A stretch of DNA of 63,432 nucleotides, filler included, from a bacterium (lineage in GTDB: Bacteria > JADJOY01), in the NCBI GenBank assembly GCA_046331705.1. It is 3 parts of 3 records of this genome, joined end to end, with 100 filler letters (N's around TTAATTAATTAA, not from the genome) between each part and the next. Parts side by side here need not be neighbours in the genome. Positions count along the whole stretch, not along the records: positions 1 to 24,159 come from JAXLQJ010000084.1; 2 more parts are not named here. The stretch is one strand, 5' to 3'. The notes beneath the pieces were generated by a model, which did not search any database, was not told the origin of the DNA, and saw only the letters and a program-made list of their open reading frames with translations. Positions 1 to 9,800 of the stretch are shown in pieces; within the stretch, counting starts at the first letter, position 1; the number at the start of each line of letters is the position of its first letter. A program made the translations under genes and the position numbers.

Positions 1-2
1 TC

Positions 3-1037
3 GCGCGCGGCTGCGAGAAGCTCGGCTACGCGCACCAGCCGGTGTGGCGCAACGCCCGCGATTGCGATGGACAGGGCGTGTGCGATTGGGGCTGTCCGAC
101 CGACGCCAAGCGCTCGATGAACCTCTCGTACATCCCGTCGGCGCTCAAGAGCAGCGCGACCCTCTTCACCGAGTCGCGCGCCGACCGGGTGTGGATGGAG
201 GGGCGCAATGCCGTCGGCGTCGAGGTGGTGTGCACGACCACCAAGGCGCGCTATCGAATCCGGGCGCGCGCCACGATCCTCGCGGGCGGCGCGTTGCCGA
301 CGCCCGTGCTGCTGCAACGTCAGGGCCTCGCCAACGCCAGCGGGCAGGTGGGGCGGAACCTCTCCGTGCACCCGGCCAGCGCGATCTCGGCGCTCCTGAA
401 CGAGCGCGTCGATCCGTACGATCACGTGCCGCAGGGCTACGCCGTCACCCAGTTCGTTCGCGAGGGCATCTTGATCCTGGGTGCGCTCATGCCGGTGGAC
501 GCGGCGGCGGCCTACTTCCTCGCGCAGGGCCGCTCGTACGTCGATCTCATGGACACGTACGCGAACGTCGCGAGCCTCGGCGTGATGGTCGAGGACCACG
601 CGCGCGGCACGGTGCGCCCCGGTCCGAACGGCTTCCCGATCATTCGCTATCGGATGGCGAAGCAGGACGTCGCGCAGCTCCAGCGCGGGCTCGTCGAGGC
701 AGGGCGCGTGTATCTCGCGGCCGGCGCCACGAAGCTCATGCCTTCGGTGCTCGGCCACCCGATGCTCGACGGCACGCGAGGCCTCGAGGAATTCGCCCGC
801 GCCGACATCGGCGCGCACCAATTCCTCATGATCGGCTTCCACCCCCTCGGCACGTGCCGCATGGGGAACGATCCGCGTACCAGCGTCGTCGACTCGGACC
901 ACGCCGCCCACGACGTCCCCGGCCTCTTCATCGTCGACGGCTCGGTCGTCCCGAGCCCACCCGGGGTCAACCCCCAGATGACGATCATGGCGCTGGCGCA
1001 CCGCGCCGCCAGCCGGATCGCCGCGCGCGTCGCCTGA
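3..1037 (+). CDS. GMC family oxidoreductase (long-chain alcohol oxidase-like), 5'-truncated by window edge
   Basis: Frame open from position 3; CDWGCPTDAKRS, TILAGGALPTPVLL, VGRNLSVHP, HPLGTCRMG, VDGSVVP..GVNPQMTIMALA are GMC N/C motifs. Confidence 0.93.
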   Translation, partial: ARGCEKLGYAHQPVWRNARDCDGQGVCDWGCPTDAKRSMNLSYIPSALKSSATLFTESRADRVWMEGRNAVGVEVVCTTTKARYRIRARATILAGGALPTPVLLQRQGLANASGQVGRNLSVHPASAISALLNERVDPYDHVPQGYAVTQFVREGILILGALMPVDAAAAYFLAQGRSYVDLMDTYANVASLGVMVEDHARGTVRPGPNGFPIIRYRMAKQDVAQLQRGLVEAGRVYLAAGATKLMPSVLGHPMLDGTRGLEEFARADIGAHQFLMIGFHPLGTCRMGNDPRTSVVDSDHAAHDVPGLFIVDGSVVPSPPGVNPQMTIMALAHRAASRIAARVA

Positions 1038-1279
1038 ACCCTGACGAGCGGGGCGGCGCCCGGTGAAACGCGGTGCTCGCTGCCGGATTGGCCGGTGCCA
1101 GCGGCACCGCGCCGAGCGTCAGCGAGGCGGCTCGGGGGTGGGCCCCGGCGAAAGCCGCGCCTTTCGCCGGGCGGGGGGCTGGAACAGCCCCCCGAGGAAA
1201 CACCGGAATCCCCAGATGACGATCATGGCGCTGGCGCACCGCGCGGCGGACCGGATCGCTGCGCGTCTAGCCTGAGCCC
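969..1279 (+). repeat. Imperfect 73-bp direct repeat of the GMC gene 3' end (969-1041 / 1207-1279) flanking a palindrome-rich 165-bp insert
   Basis: 63/73 identical by manual alignment; NPQMTIMALAHRAASRIAARVA* vs NPQMTIMALAHRAADRIAARLA*; hairpins at 1069-1111, 1144-1171, 1172-1194. Confidence 0.85.
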
Positions 1280-1291
1280 GCCCCGCGGCGC

Positions 1292-3133
1292 TCAGCTCGC
1301 GAGGCTCGCGGGCTCGTGCGCGTCGAGCGCGTCCGTGGCGGCGCTCGCGTGGGTGCCGGTCACGGCGACGCTCGGCAGCAAGATCGTGAACGTCGTGCCC
1401 AGGCCGAACGTGCTCTGCACGCGCAGCGTGCCGCGGTGCGCGCGCACGATTCCGAGCAGCGCCGAGAGGCCGAGACCTCGCCCGTTCGACTTGGTGGTGA
1501 AGAACGGATCGAACGCGCGCGCCAGCGTCGCTTCGTCCATGCCGCAGCCATCGTCGCTCACCTCGATCGCCACGTAGCGCCCCGCTTGCAGCGGATCGTC
1601 GAGGTAGCCGCCGGGCACCGGGCCTCCCGGCAGATCCACGGCGCGGGTACGGACGCGCACGGTGCCGGTGCGCGCGCCGATCGCCTCGCCGGCGTTGGTG
1701 ATGAGGTTCATCACCACCTGGCGGAGCTGGTTGCGATCGGCGCGAACCTCCGGTAGCGCGATGGCGAGATCGGTCTCGATCTCCACGTCCGGCGGCACGG
1801 CGGTGTCGAGCAGCCGCGCCATGTCGCTCACGATCCCGTTCACGTCGAGCGGCTCCACCCGCCGCTCGCCCTGGCCGGCGTACGCGAGGAGCTGCCGCGT
1901 CAGCTCGGCGGCGTGGTGGGTCGCGAGCTCGATGCGTCGTGCGCGCTCGTGCTTGGAGTCGCCGGGTGCGAGCTGGCGCAGCAGCAGGCTGGTGTTGCCG
2001 GCGATGGTGGTGAGCAGGTTGTTGAAGTCGTGCGCGACGCGGCTCGACAGCAGCCCGAGCGTCTCGAGCTTCTGCGCGTGCTGCAGCCGGTGCTCGAACG
2101 CCGCGCGCTCGTGCTCCGCGCGGCGTCGCAGCGTGACGTCCTCGATGAGCGCCTCGGCGCCGTGAATCTCGCTCGAGCGCCTCCTGAGCGGCGCCAGCCG
2201 CAGCGCGAGCGTGCGGCGCGTCCCGTCGGCGCACTCGATCTCGAGCTCCTCCTCGATCACGGCGCGGGTGGCCAGGCAACGCGCGAAGACCGCGGTGATG
2301 CCCGCGGCGGCGAGGCGCGGCTCGCGCTCCAGGTTGTCGAGGCCGGCGACGTCGATCGCCAATCGCTCGAGGATCCGCTGCGCGCTCGCGTTTGCGATCA
2401 GCACGTTGCCGTCCGCGTCGCAGGCGAGGATCCCGAGCGGCGAGCTCTCCGCGAGCACCCGGTAGCGGCTCTCGCTCTCCGCGAGGTCGGTGAGCACCGC
2501 GTCCTTGAGCGACTCGTGGAGCAAGGCGATCAGCGCCAGCCACATCACCACCACGCCGGTGGCGCGGAACTTGGCCGCCGCCACGAACTCGGGGTCGGTG
2601 GCGAGGGGAAACCGCGTTCCGAGGCTCGCGAGGTGCGCCACACAGAAGAGCCCCGCGCACGTCAGCAGCGCCCACGCCAGCGCGGCGCGCCGTCCGGCGA
2701 TGAGCGCCGCGAGCGCCGGGACGATCGGCAGAAAGACCAGCGCACCTACGTATCCCCCGCCGCTCGCCGCCGTGACTCCCATCGCCAGGAGAAAGACCAG
2801 CCCCGCCAGCAAGTTGCCGACCAGCGGCAACGAGCTGGTGGCGCGCAACACCCAACCGATGCCGAGCAACACGGGGATGAGGCTCGCCGCGAGCGCCGGG
2901 AAGAGCCGTGTCCCCAGGATGCGTTCCTGGGTGGCCGACCACGCCACCGAGGCGAGCGCCGCCGCGATGATCCCGATCGCCAGCCGCGCGCGGCGCAAGG
3001 AATCCGGCCCGCGCACCGCGAGGGCGGCGGGAATCAGCAGGTCGATGCAGCGCAGCCAAGCGGGCGCGCGGCGTGGCCGAGCGCTGGCGCGTGGCACGGC
3101 GTCAGCGCCGAGGTTCGCGGTCCGCGTCGTCAC
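1292..3133 (-). CDS. Membrane sensor histidine kinase (TM region, PAS, HisKA, HATPase)
   Basis: N-terminal hydrophobic helices; QKLETLGLLSSRVAHDFNNLL H-box; NLITNA, DDGCGM, FDPFFTTK..GRGLGLS. Confidence 0.95.
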   Translation of the reverse strand: MTTRTANLGADAVPRASARPRRAPAWLRCIDLLIPAALAVRGPDSLRRARLAIGIIAAALASVAWSATQERILGTRLFPALAASLIPVLLGIGWVLRATSSLPLVGNLLAGLVFLLAMGVTAASGGGYVGALVFLPIVPALAALIAGRRAALAWALLTCAGLFCVAHLASLGTRFPLATDPEFVAAAKFRATGVVVMWLALIALLHESLKDAVLTDLAESESRYRVLAESSPLGILACDADGNVLIANASAQRILERLAIDVAGLDNLEREPRLAAAGITAVFARCLATRAVIEEELEIECADGTRRTLALRLAPLRRRSSEIHGAEALIEDVTLRRRAEHERAAFEHRLQHAQKLETLGLLSSRVAHDFNNLLTTIAGNTSLLLRQLAPGDSKHERARRIELATHHAAELTRQLLAYAGQGERRVEPLDVNGIVSDMARLLDTAVPPDVEIETDLAIALPEVRADRNQLRQVVMNLITNAGEAIGARTGTVRVRTRAVDLPGGPVPGGYLDDPLQAGRYVAIEVSDDGCGMDEATLARAFDPFFTTKSNGRGLGLSALLGIVRAHRGTLRVQSTFGLGTTFTILLPSVAVTGTHASAATDALDAHEPASLAS

Positions 3134-3284
3134 CGTCGGTCTCCGAGGCCCACCATCTCGAGTCTCGTGCCCTCGCGGGTCGATCCAGCGATGGCGGGGA
3201 TTAGGATGCTAGCCACGCTTCGGAAAGCGCCGCAAACGAAATCATTGGTGGCGTACGACGCGGTGCGCCACGCGCATGCACGCC

Positions 3285-3602
3285 ATGAGCGACGACCGGT
3301 ACGACAACGAGATTCCCGATTGCGTGGAAGTACCGATCGAGGATTCGATCGATCTGCACGCGTTCGCGCCGCGCGACGTTCCCGACGTCGTGCGCTCGTA
3401 CCTGGAGGCCGCGCACGAGGCGGGATTTCGCGAGGTGCGGCTGATTCACGGACGCGGGATCGGCGTGCAGCGCCAGCGCGTCCGCGCCGCCCTCGCCGAG
3501 CATCCGCTGGTCACGCGCTTCGGCGATGCACCGCCGGAGCGCGGCGGCTTCGGTGCCACCATCGCGTGGCTGGTGCCGGCCGGGAACGCGTCGCGCGGGT
3601 GA
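3285..3602 (+). CDS. Standalone Smr domain protein
   Basis: IDLHAF, VRLIHGRGIG, GGFGAT Smr motifs. Confidence 0.9.
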   Translation: MSDDRYDNEIPDCVEVPIEDSIDLHAFAPRDVPDVVRSYLEAAHEAGFREVRLIHGRGIGVQRQRVRAALAEHPLVTRFGDAPPERGGFGATIAWLVPAGNASRG

Positions 3603-3624
3603 GCGGGAGCGGCGGCTCCCGTGC

Positions 3625-4773
3625 TCACGCCAGCGTGAACAGGTCGCCGCGGCCCACCCGCTTCGATCCGGAGGCGCGTACCCGCGCGACCCGCTCGGGC
3701 TCGCAGAGCAGCAGCTCGGCACCGCCGGTCTTGCGCAGGGGGTCGCTCACCACGCGCCGCACGCGCGGCGCAGGCTCTGGCGACGGATCGCCCGCTGCGG
3801 TGAGCCAGAGGTAGCTGTACTTGAGCCAGCTTCGCTCCGAGCCGAGCCCGCGGGAGAAGAACGCGAACCACTGGCCCGGGATCTGCGCCGGCACCGAGAG
3901 GTGGCACCAGTCTCGACCCTCGGCGAGCGGGCAGCCTCCGGCGTGCAGGCAGGGACCCCAGAAGGCCGTGGAGTCCGCAGGGATCGTCCCCGTCGCGACG
4001 AGCTCGTCGCGCACTCGCGAGAGCCGCTGGGCGTTGCCCTTGCTCGCCGGCTCGACGACCAAGAGCCCACCGCCGCGCGCGCAGCGATCGAGGAGACGCT
4101 TCCAGACGGCGGCTGGCGGAGTGCGTCCCTCGTTGAGGGTGTGGCCGAGGAACGCGAGCGACCACGACTCGGGGATCGCGCGCGGCGCCTCCGCCCACGC
4201 CTCCACGTGACGCTCGATCCGCACGTGGCCGCGCAGCGACGGCACACGCTCGATGAGCGCGCTCGCGATCTCGATCCCGTCGTTCAGGATGCGCCGCTCC
4301 TGGTCGAACCAGTGCATCACCGTCGACGGGATCCGCTTGCCGCGCGCGCTGCGGCGCGCCAGCTCGAGCAACAAGGCGATCGAAGCCGTGCCCGGGCCGG
4401 CACCGAGGTCGGCGATCACCATCGTGCCGCGCCGCTCGCCGTCGGCGATCGCCGCGTGTACCGCCGCGGCGTGCTCGTTCAGCAGCTGGGCGAACTTCGC
4501 TGCCTGCAGCGGCAGGAAATAGAGGAGGTACGCGGCGCGGAAGCGGGCTTGCTCCAGGTAGCCCTTCGACTGCGGGCGGCCACCGGCGCTCACGCGCTCG
4601 ACGGTGAGCCGCGTGGAGAGCTCGCGAATCGCCTTGATCTGGAAGATCGCGTCCTGGCGTGTGAACGGGCGAGCGCGCCACGCCTCGCGCGGGCTGTACG
4701 CGCGCTTGACGTGCGCGGGCACGACTTCGTCGAAGAGCCACGACCAGTTGGGTTCCAGCTCGCTCAGGGCCAT
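3625..4773 (-). CDS. Rsm22/METTL17-family SAM-dependent methyltransferase
   Basis: AYLLYFLP, DLGAGPGT SAM motif, VEP, PCLHAGGCPL..WCH Cys motif, KYSYL. Confidence 0.85.
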   Translation of the reverse strand: MALSELEPNWSWLFDEVVPAHVKRAYSPREAWRARPFTRQDAIFQIKAIRELSTRLTVERVSAGGRPQSKGYLEQARFRAAYLLYFLPLQAAKFAQLLNEHAAAVHAAIADGERRGTMVIADLGAGPGTASIALLLELARRSARGKRIPSTVMHWFDQERRILNDGIEIASALIERVPSLRGHVRIERHVEAWAEAPRAIPESWSLAFLGHTLNEGRTPPAAVWKRLLDRCARGGGLLVVEPASKGNAQRLSRVRDELVATGTIPADSTAFWGPCLHAGGCPLAEGRDWCHLSVPAQIPGQWFAFFSRGLGSERSWLKYSYLWLTAAGDPSPEPAPRVRRVVSDPLRKTGGAELLLCEPERVARVRASGSKRVGRGDLFTLA

Positions 4774-4850
4774 CCCCCCAGCCTAGATGACCGGACGCGA
4801 TTTGGATCGACCGAGCTCGGTCGCGGGCCGGATGTGCGCGAGCTCGCGAC

Positions 4851-5693
4851 TCAGCGCGGGCTCGTCGAGGCTCGAGGCTCGCTCGCCATGGGCAACGCGA
4901 GAATGGCGGCGGTGGTCGGGCTGGTTCCGTGGACGAAGGCGAGGATGCGATCGCCCGGTTGGGCGGCGACGGTGATCGCTGGCGTCGCGGGCACACCACG
5001 ACAGCCGCTGTCCGTGCCGCGGAAAGCGACGATCTCCCCGGTGCCGGGCTCGGCTAGGTACGAGACGGCGAACGTGCCGGAGATGGGGCTGGTGCGATCT
5101 TCCTCGCGGAGCTTTCTCAGGCAGCCGCCCTTGGCGCGACCCAGCTCGAAGGTCGGCGAGCCAGGCCACACGTGCTGGGTCGCGAGGACGTCGCCGATCA
5201 CGAGCACCTTGCCGGCAGGGGGCGCGGGGAGCGGATGGTCGGCGTCGAAGCTGATCTCGCGATGGATCTTGAACGCGACCGTCGGTTGGCCCTCCATCGA
5301 GGCTTCGCCGCGCGCCAGCAGCACCGTCGCAGCTTCGCCAGCCGCGAGCGTGATCGACTGATCGCCGAGGACGTCGTCGTTGCCGGTCTTTCCCGCGGGC
5401 GTGACGAGCACGGTGGTCCGGCCCGGCGGCACGCTCAGGTGCTCGCTCGCGTGGCCGAAGGCCAAGGCGGCGGCGAGCATCGGCCCGTCGGCGCGGAATC
5501 CGGTGTGCACGTCGAGCGCGCTCGGCTCGCCCGTGGGCGCGAAGGCAAGGTTCACGAGACGCAAGCGGGCGGGAGGCCCGTCGGCGGGCGGCACATCGCC
5601 GTCTTGCGCGCCCACGCGGGCAGCGACCAACGCCGCGACGAATCCGATCGCCAGTCGAAGCCAGGGCGTGGAGCCTCGTCCGTTCTGCCGCAT
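4851..5693 (-). CDS. Secreted DUF4397-like protein
   Basis: GGAGG RBS before ATG 5693; signal peptide; RLRLVNL..ALDV..LAFGHASEHLSVPPG. Confidence 0.65.
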   Translation of the reverse strand: MRQNGRGSTPWLRLAIGFVAALVAARVGAQDGDVPPADGPPARLRLVNLAFAPTGEPSALDVHTGFRADGPMLAAALAFGHASEHLSVPPGRTTVLVTPAGKTGNDDVLGDQSITLAAGEAATVLLARGEASMEGQPTVAFKIHREISFDADHPLPAPPAGKVLVIGDVLATQHVWPGSPTFELGRAKGGCLRKLREEDRTSPISGTFAVSYLAEPGTGEIVAFRGTDSGCRGVPATPAITVAAQPGDRILAFVHGTSPTTAAILALPMASEPRASTSPR

Positions 5694-5819
5694 CGTTGCC
5701 TCCGTGTGCGCAGCGTTCCACCGCTCCCGCTCGGTCGCGCGGGGGACCGCCAGCGGTTGCACCGCACCGTTCGCCCGGGTTATCACCGACCGACTCGGGT
5801 CGGCACGGTGGAGGGAATC

Positions 5820-6275
5820 ATGCGACGGATGCGCAAGCTCGGACGGCGAGTGATCGTGCTGCTCGCGCTCGGCGCGCTGGGGGCGACGGTCTCGTTCGCC
5901 GGCGAGTTCAAGCCCTATCCCAACGCCCAGCTCGATGCGAAGGCGTCGCAGGACGCGACGGCCGCGGCTGCCGGCGCGGGTCTTTCGCAGCGGAGCACCA
6001 TCTACACCAGCACCGATTCGTTCGAGAAGGTGGTCGCTTTCTACAAGCCGCTCGCCACCGAGATCGCGCTTCCCGCATCGCTGGCGAAAGGCGTCCAGCT
6101 GCCGGATGGCCGTTCGACCCGCGTGGCGTGGCTCGCGGTCGATGGGGCGAAGTCGATCGCCGAATCGAAGCGCTGGCTCGCGATCCAGTTCCCGTACGTC
6201 GGTTCCGTGGGTGCGGGCGGCAAGTTTCAGGACATTCGAGACGTCACCTCCATCACGCTCACGGAGTCGAAGTGA
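5820..6275 (+). CDS. Secreted hypothetical protein
   Basis: GGAGGG RBS; signal peptide MRRMRKLGRRVIVLLALGALGATVSFA; coding-like codon usage. Confidence 0.75.
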   Translation: MRRMRKLGRRVIVLLALGALGATVSFAGEFKPYPNAQLDAKASQDATAAAAGAGLSQRSTIYTSTDSFEKVVAFYKPLATEIALPASLAKGVQLPDGRSTRVAWLAVDGAKSIAESKRWLAIQFPYVGSVGAGGKFQDIRDVTSITLTESK

Positions 6276-6298
6276 GCACGGACGGAAAGGCCGAGACC

Positions 6299-6802
6299 AT
6301 GACGACGCGCCGCGCGCAGGGCTTCTCCTGGAGTTGGGCCATGGCGCTCGCCGTCGTGCTGGCGGCCGCTGCCGGCTGCGGCGGCTCGAGCTCGGACGGT
6401 GGCAGCGCGCCCTCGATCGGTGACGTCACGGGCACCTGGCACGAGGAGCCGGGCGGATTGAGCTGCAGCTTCGCCGAGCTGGGCAACGTTCCGACCTCGG
6501 CGGATTTCGGCGATTTCGACTTCGACGTGGTGAGCGTGGGCGGTGGGGCGTTGCTGATCGACGGGCTCACCGGTCAGGCGCAGGCCGCCGGCTCGAACCT
6601 CGAGGCCGTCACGAGCACGCAGTTCGGAACGGGATTTCCGTGCGTCGACGGCAGCGAGCTGCTCGCCCGGTTCACCAACCGCTACGTGTTCCGATCCGAC
6701 GCGGCGACGGGTTACGTGAATCACCAGTGGATCGCCGCCTGCGCCTCGGGTAACGGCTCCTGCAGCCGTGAGATCAACGACGACATCCACAAGCTCGAAT
6801 GA
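6299..6802 (+). CDS. Putative lipoprotein
   Basis: Lipobox-like AAAGC followed by GGSSS linker. Confidence 0.7.
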   Translation: MTTRRAQGFSWSWAMALAVVLAAAAGCGGSSSDGGSAPSIGDVTGTWHEEPGGLSCSFAELGNVPTSADFGDFDFDVVSVGGGALLIDGLTGQAQAAGSNLEAVTSTQFGTGFPCVDGSELLARFTNRYVFRSDAATGYVNHQWIAACASGNGSCSREINDDIHKLE

Positions 6803-9800
6803 GCGCACGTCGCGCCCGCCGGCGCGCCGTGGCGGGCGGGCTGTCGTCGTTCTCGCCGCGCTGCTGATCGGAGGCGCGGTCGGCGTCGTTGCGCGCGCCG
6901 GCGAGCCGAGCTGCGTTCCCGACCGCGAGCCCAACGACCGCCCGGAGAGCGGCATGCCGATCGCGGGCACCGCGTGCGTGGCCGGCACGTTCGCGGACGG
7001 CGATCAGGACGTCTTCCTGTGGACCGTGAGCGCGGCCGATGCTGCCGAGCGCTGGGCGGTGGATCTGAACGGCATCCCGGGTCAGCAGACCAAGTTCCAG
7101 CTCCACCGCCTCGAAGAGCCGGCGACGGGTGGCGCGCCTGCCGTGGTGGGGCCAGCGCTTCTCGAGATCGCGACGTCGCCCGGCGATTCGCACGCCGCCA
7201 GCGACGACGTCTTCGTGGCGGCGGGCACCTACGTGATCGGACTCTCGGTGAGCGGCGGCGCGGGACCGTATCGGCTTCGTCTCGGACGCGCCGCGGCGGT
7301 CGAGCGCGTCGAGACCGAGCCGAACGACGACCCGGTTCACGCCACGCCCGTGGCTGGCGCGTTCGCGGTGCGCGGCGATCTGGCGGCGTCGGAGGACGTG
7401 TTCGCCTGGAACCTCGACGGCGTGAGCGCGGCGCAGCGCTGGTCGATCGGCGCGAGCGGTCCACTCGGCGGTCGGCTCGCGCTCACGCTCACGGACGGGA
7501 GCGGACGCGTGCTCGCCACCGCGAGCGGCGGCGGCGCGGAACCGCTCTCGTTGCCCGACCTCGGGCTCGATCCGGGTACCTGGGTGGTTCGCCTGGGGCC
7601 AGCCGCGGGTGCGAGCGCGCCTTACGTGTTGCGCGCCGTGACGGCGGGGCCACGCGTCCCCGGTCGTGAGGAGGAGCCGAACGACGACGTGGCGCATGCG
7701 CGCCCGATCGCGCTCGGGCGCGCCGTCGCCGGACGCATCGCCGTGGACGGCGACGTGGATTGCTACGCGTTCGCCGGCAACGCGTCGCTTGCGGAGAAGC
7801 GTCTCGAGGTGGCGCTCGACTCGCCAGGCCGCAGTTTTCGGAAGCTCTGCTTGGTCGATGCCGCCGGCGTGGAGCGGACCTGCCGCGCCGGAATCTCGCC
7901 CCGCCTCTCCGACTTGGTGCTCGCGCCGGCTCCGTACGCGTTGTGCGTGTCGGGCACGCGCGATCCGAGGAGCACGTATTCGCTCGCGGTGAATCTCGCG
8001 GGACGCCGCCAACCGGACGGCGAGGCGGAGCCGAACGACGCCTCGGCAGATGCCAACCCGTTGCCCGCGAACGGCGCCGTCCACGGGCGCTGGGTGGGTG
8101 CCGAGACGGACGCCTTTCGCCTCGACGTGACGGGCGAGCCAAAGCTCTGGAAGGCCACGCTCTCGGCGCCGGGCGAGATCCGGATTCTCGACGGTCGCTC
8201 CGGTGTCGAGGCCCAGCGCAAGGCCGCGCCCGCCGCGCCCGACGTGGAGATCGCCGACCTCTTCCTGCTGCCCGGGCCGCACGTCGTCGAGGTCGCGGGC
8301 GAGAACGCCTCGTACGACCTGCACGTCGAAGCCACCGGTGTTCCCGATCCGATGGCCGAGCGCGAGCCGAACGATCGTCCGGCGCAAGCTCAACGCATTC
8401 GATTCGGCGAGACGCGCAAGGGCGTGCTCGAAGGAAGCGACCGCGACAGTTATCGCTTCTCGCTGGCGGCCGAGGAGCACGTCACCCTTCGGCTCGAGCC
8501 CGCTCCCGCTGCGGACGTGCGCTTCACCTTGGACTGGTCCGCGCCCTCGGTGGAGCGGCCCACCGCGATCGCGCGCGGCGAGCCGCTCGTGTACGACGCC
8601 CTGCTCGCACCGGGCGATTACGTGGTGGCGCTCACCACCGAGGGCTCGAGCGCCGGCGACTACTCGCTCTCGCTCGAGCGACGCGATCCCTTCGATGTGG
8701 CGGTCGATCAGGAGCCGAACGACATCCCGGGTCAAGCGCGACCGGTGCCTGCGTCGTTCGAGATCCGCGGGTCGGTGGGCGAGTGGAAGGACTCCGATTA
8801 CTACGCGCTGCCACGTGTCGCCGTCGCTACCGAGGTGCGCGTGCGCGCCACCGGCGACGTCGAGCTCGAGCTGAGCGAGAACGGGGTCCCGCTACCGTCG
8901 CGAGTGAGCGCTGGCGCGCTCGAGGGCACGTTGCCCCCGGATCACGTCGTGGCGCTCGCGGTTCGTGGCGAGGGCGCGTACACGGCATCGCTGCGATTCG
9001 AGCCCGGCCCGGCGCCGGCGACCGCGTCGGCGAGCGCCGGCCTCGCCGTCGCGCTCGAGCTCGATTCGTCGGCTGCGCTGGCGTATGGGGTGCGCGCGCA
9101 GCGCGTGACCGGGTCCGTGGCTCTGGCGAACTCGAGCCAGCGCCCCATCGATCTGCGGCTGGAGGCGGCCGCCAGCCATTTCGCGCTCGTGCCGACCCTC
9201 GCGCGCGGCGCGGTGCGCCTCGCGCCGGGCGCGCGTGAACGGGTGCCGATCGCCGTCGAGATCGGCGCGGACGCGTGGGCCGATCCGGCGGCGCAGATCG
9301 CGGTCCGCGCCCTGGCTGCGGACGGCAACGCCCGCTCGGCCACGGCGCGGCTGGCACTCGCCGGCGACGCCGCACCCGTGGGCGAGCATCCATTCGCGCC
9401 GCTGCCACCCGCCTTGCTCGGCGGCTGGAACCTGGCATGGTCGGCGCTCGGGTCGCGCGTGCTCGCCGCGCCCGGTGACGACGACGCCAGCGCGCAAGCC
9501 CTGCTCTTCGACGAGCTCACGTCCACGGCGGGGTTCGCGCGGCCCGCGGCGGCACTGCCCTTCGACACCACGGTGGCGTTCGCCGGCGATCGGGCGTGGC
9601 CCGTCGCCGGCGTGGTGCTCGATCCGGAGATTCCCGGTGGGCTCGCGATGGCGGAGCGATTGCGCGACTTCGAGCTCTGGTTGGCCGAGGACGGCGAGCA
9701 TTTCGAGCGCGTGTTGAGCGGCTCGTTGAGCCCGCTCTCGATCGAGCAACCGTTCGTTCTGGATCGGGTGCGGCCTGCGCGCGCGGCGCGCTTGCGCTGG

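Noticed and set aside
1026-1073. Hammerhead-like core (GUC..CUGACGA..GAAAC)
   Set aside because: Stems II and III can be drawn, but stem I has only 1 bp and a competing hairpin (1069-1111) sequesters stem III. An Infernal search would be needed.
1063-1275. 70-aa ORF ending like the GMC protein
   Set aside because: By-product of the duplicated 3' end; the N-terminal part runs through palindromic non-coding DNA.
969-1279. DGR template/variable repeat pair
   Set aside because: Mismatches are not adenine-specific and there is no reverse transcriptase in the window.
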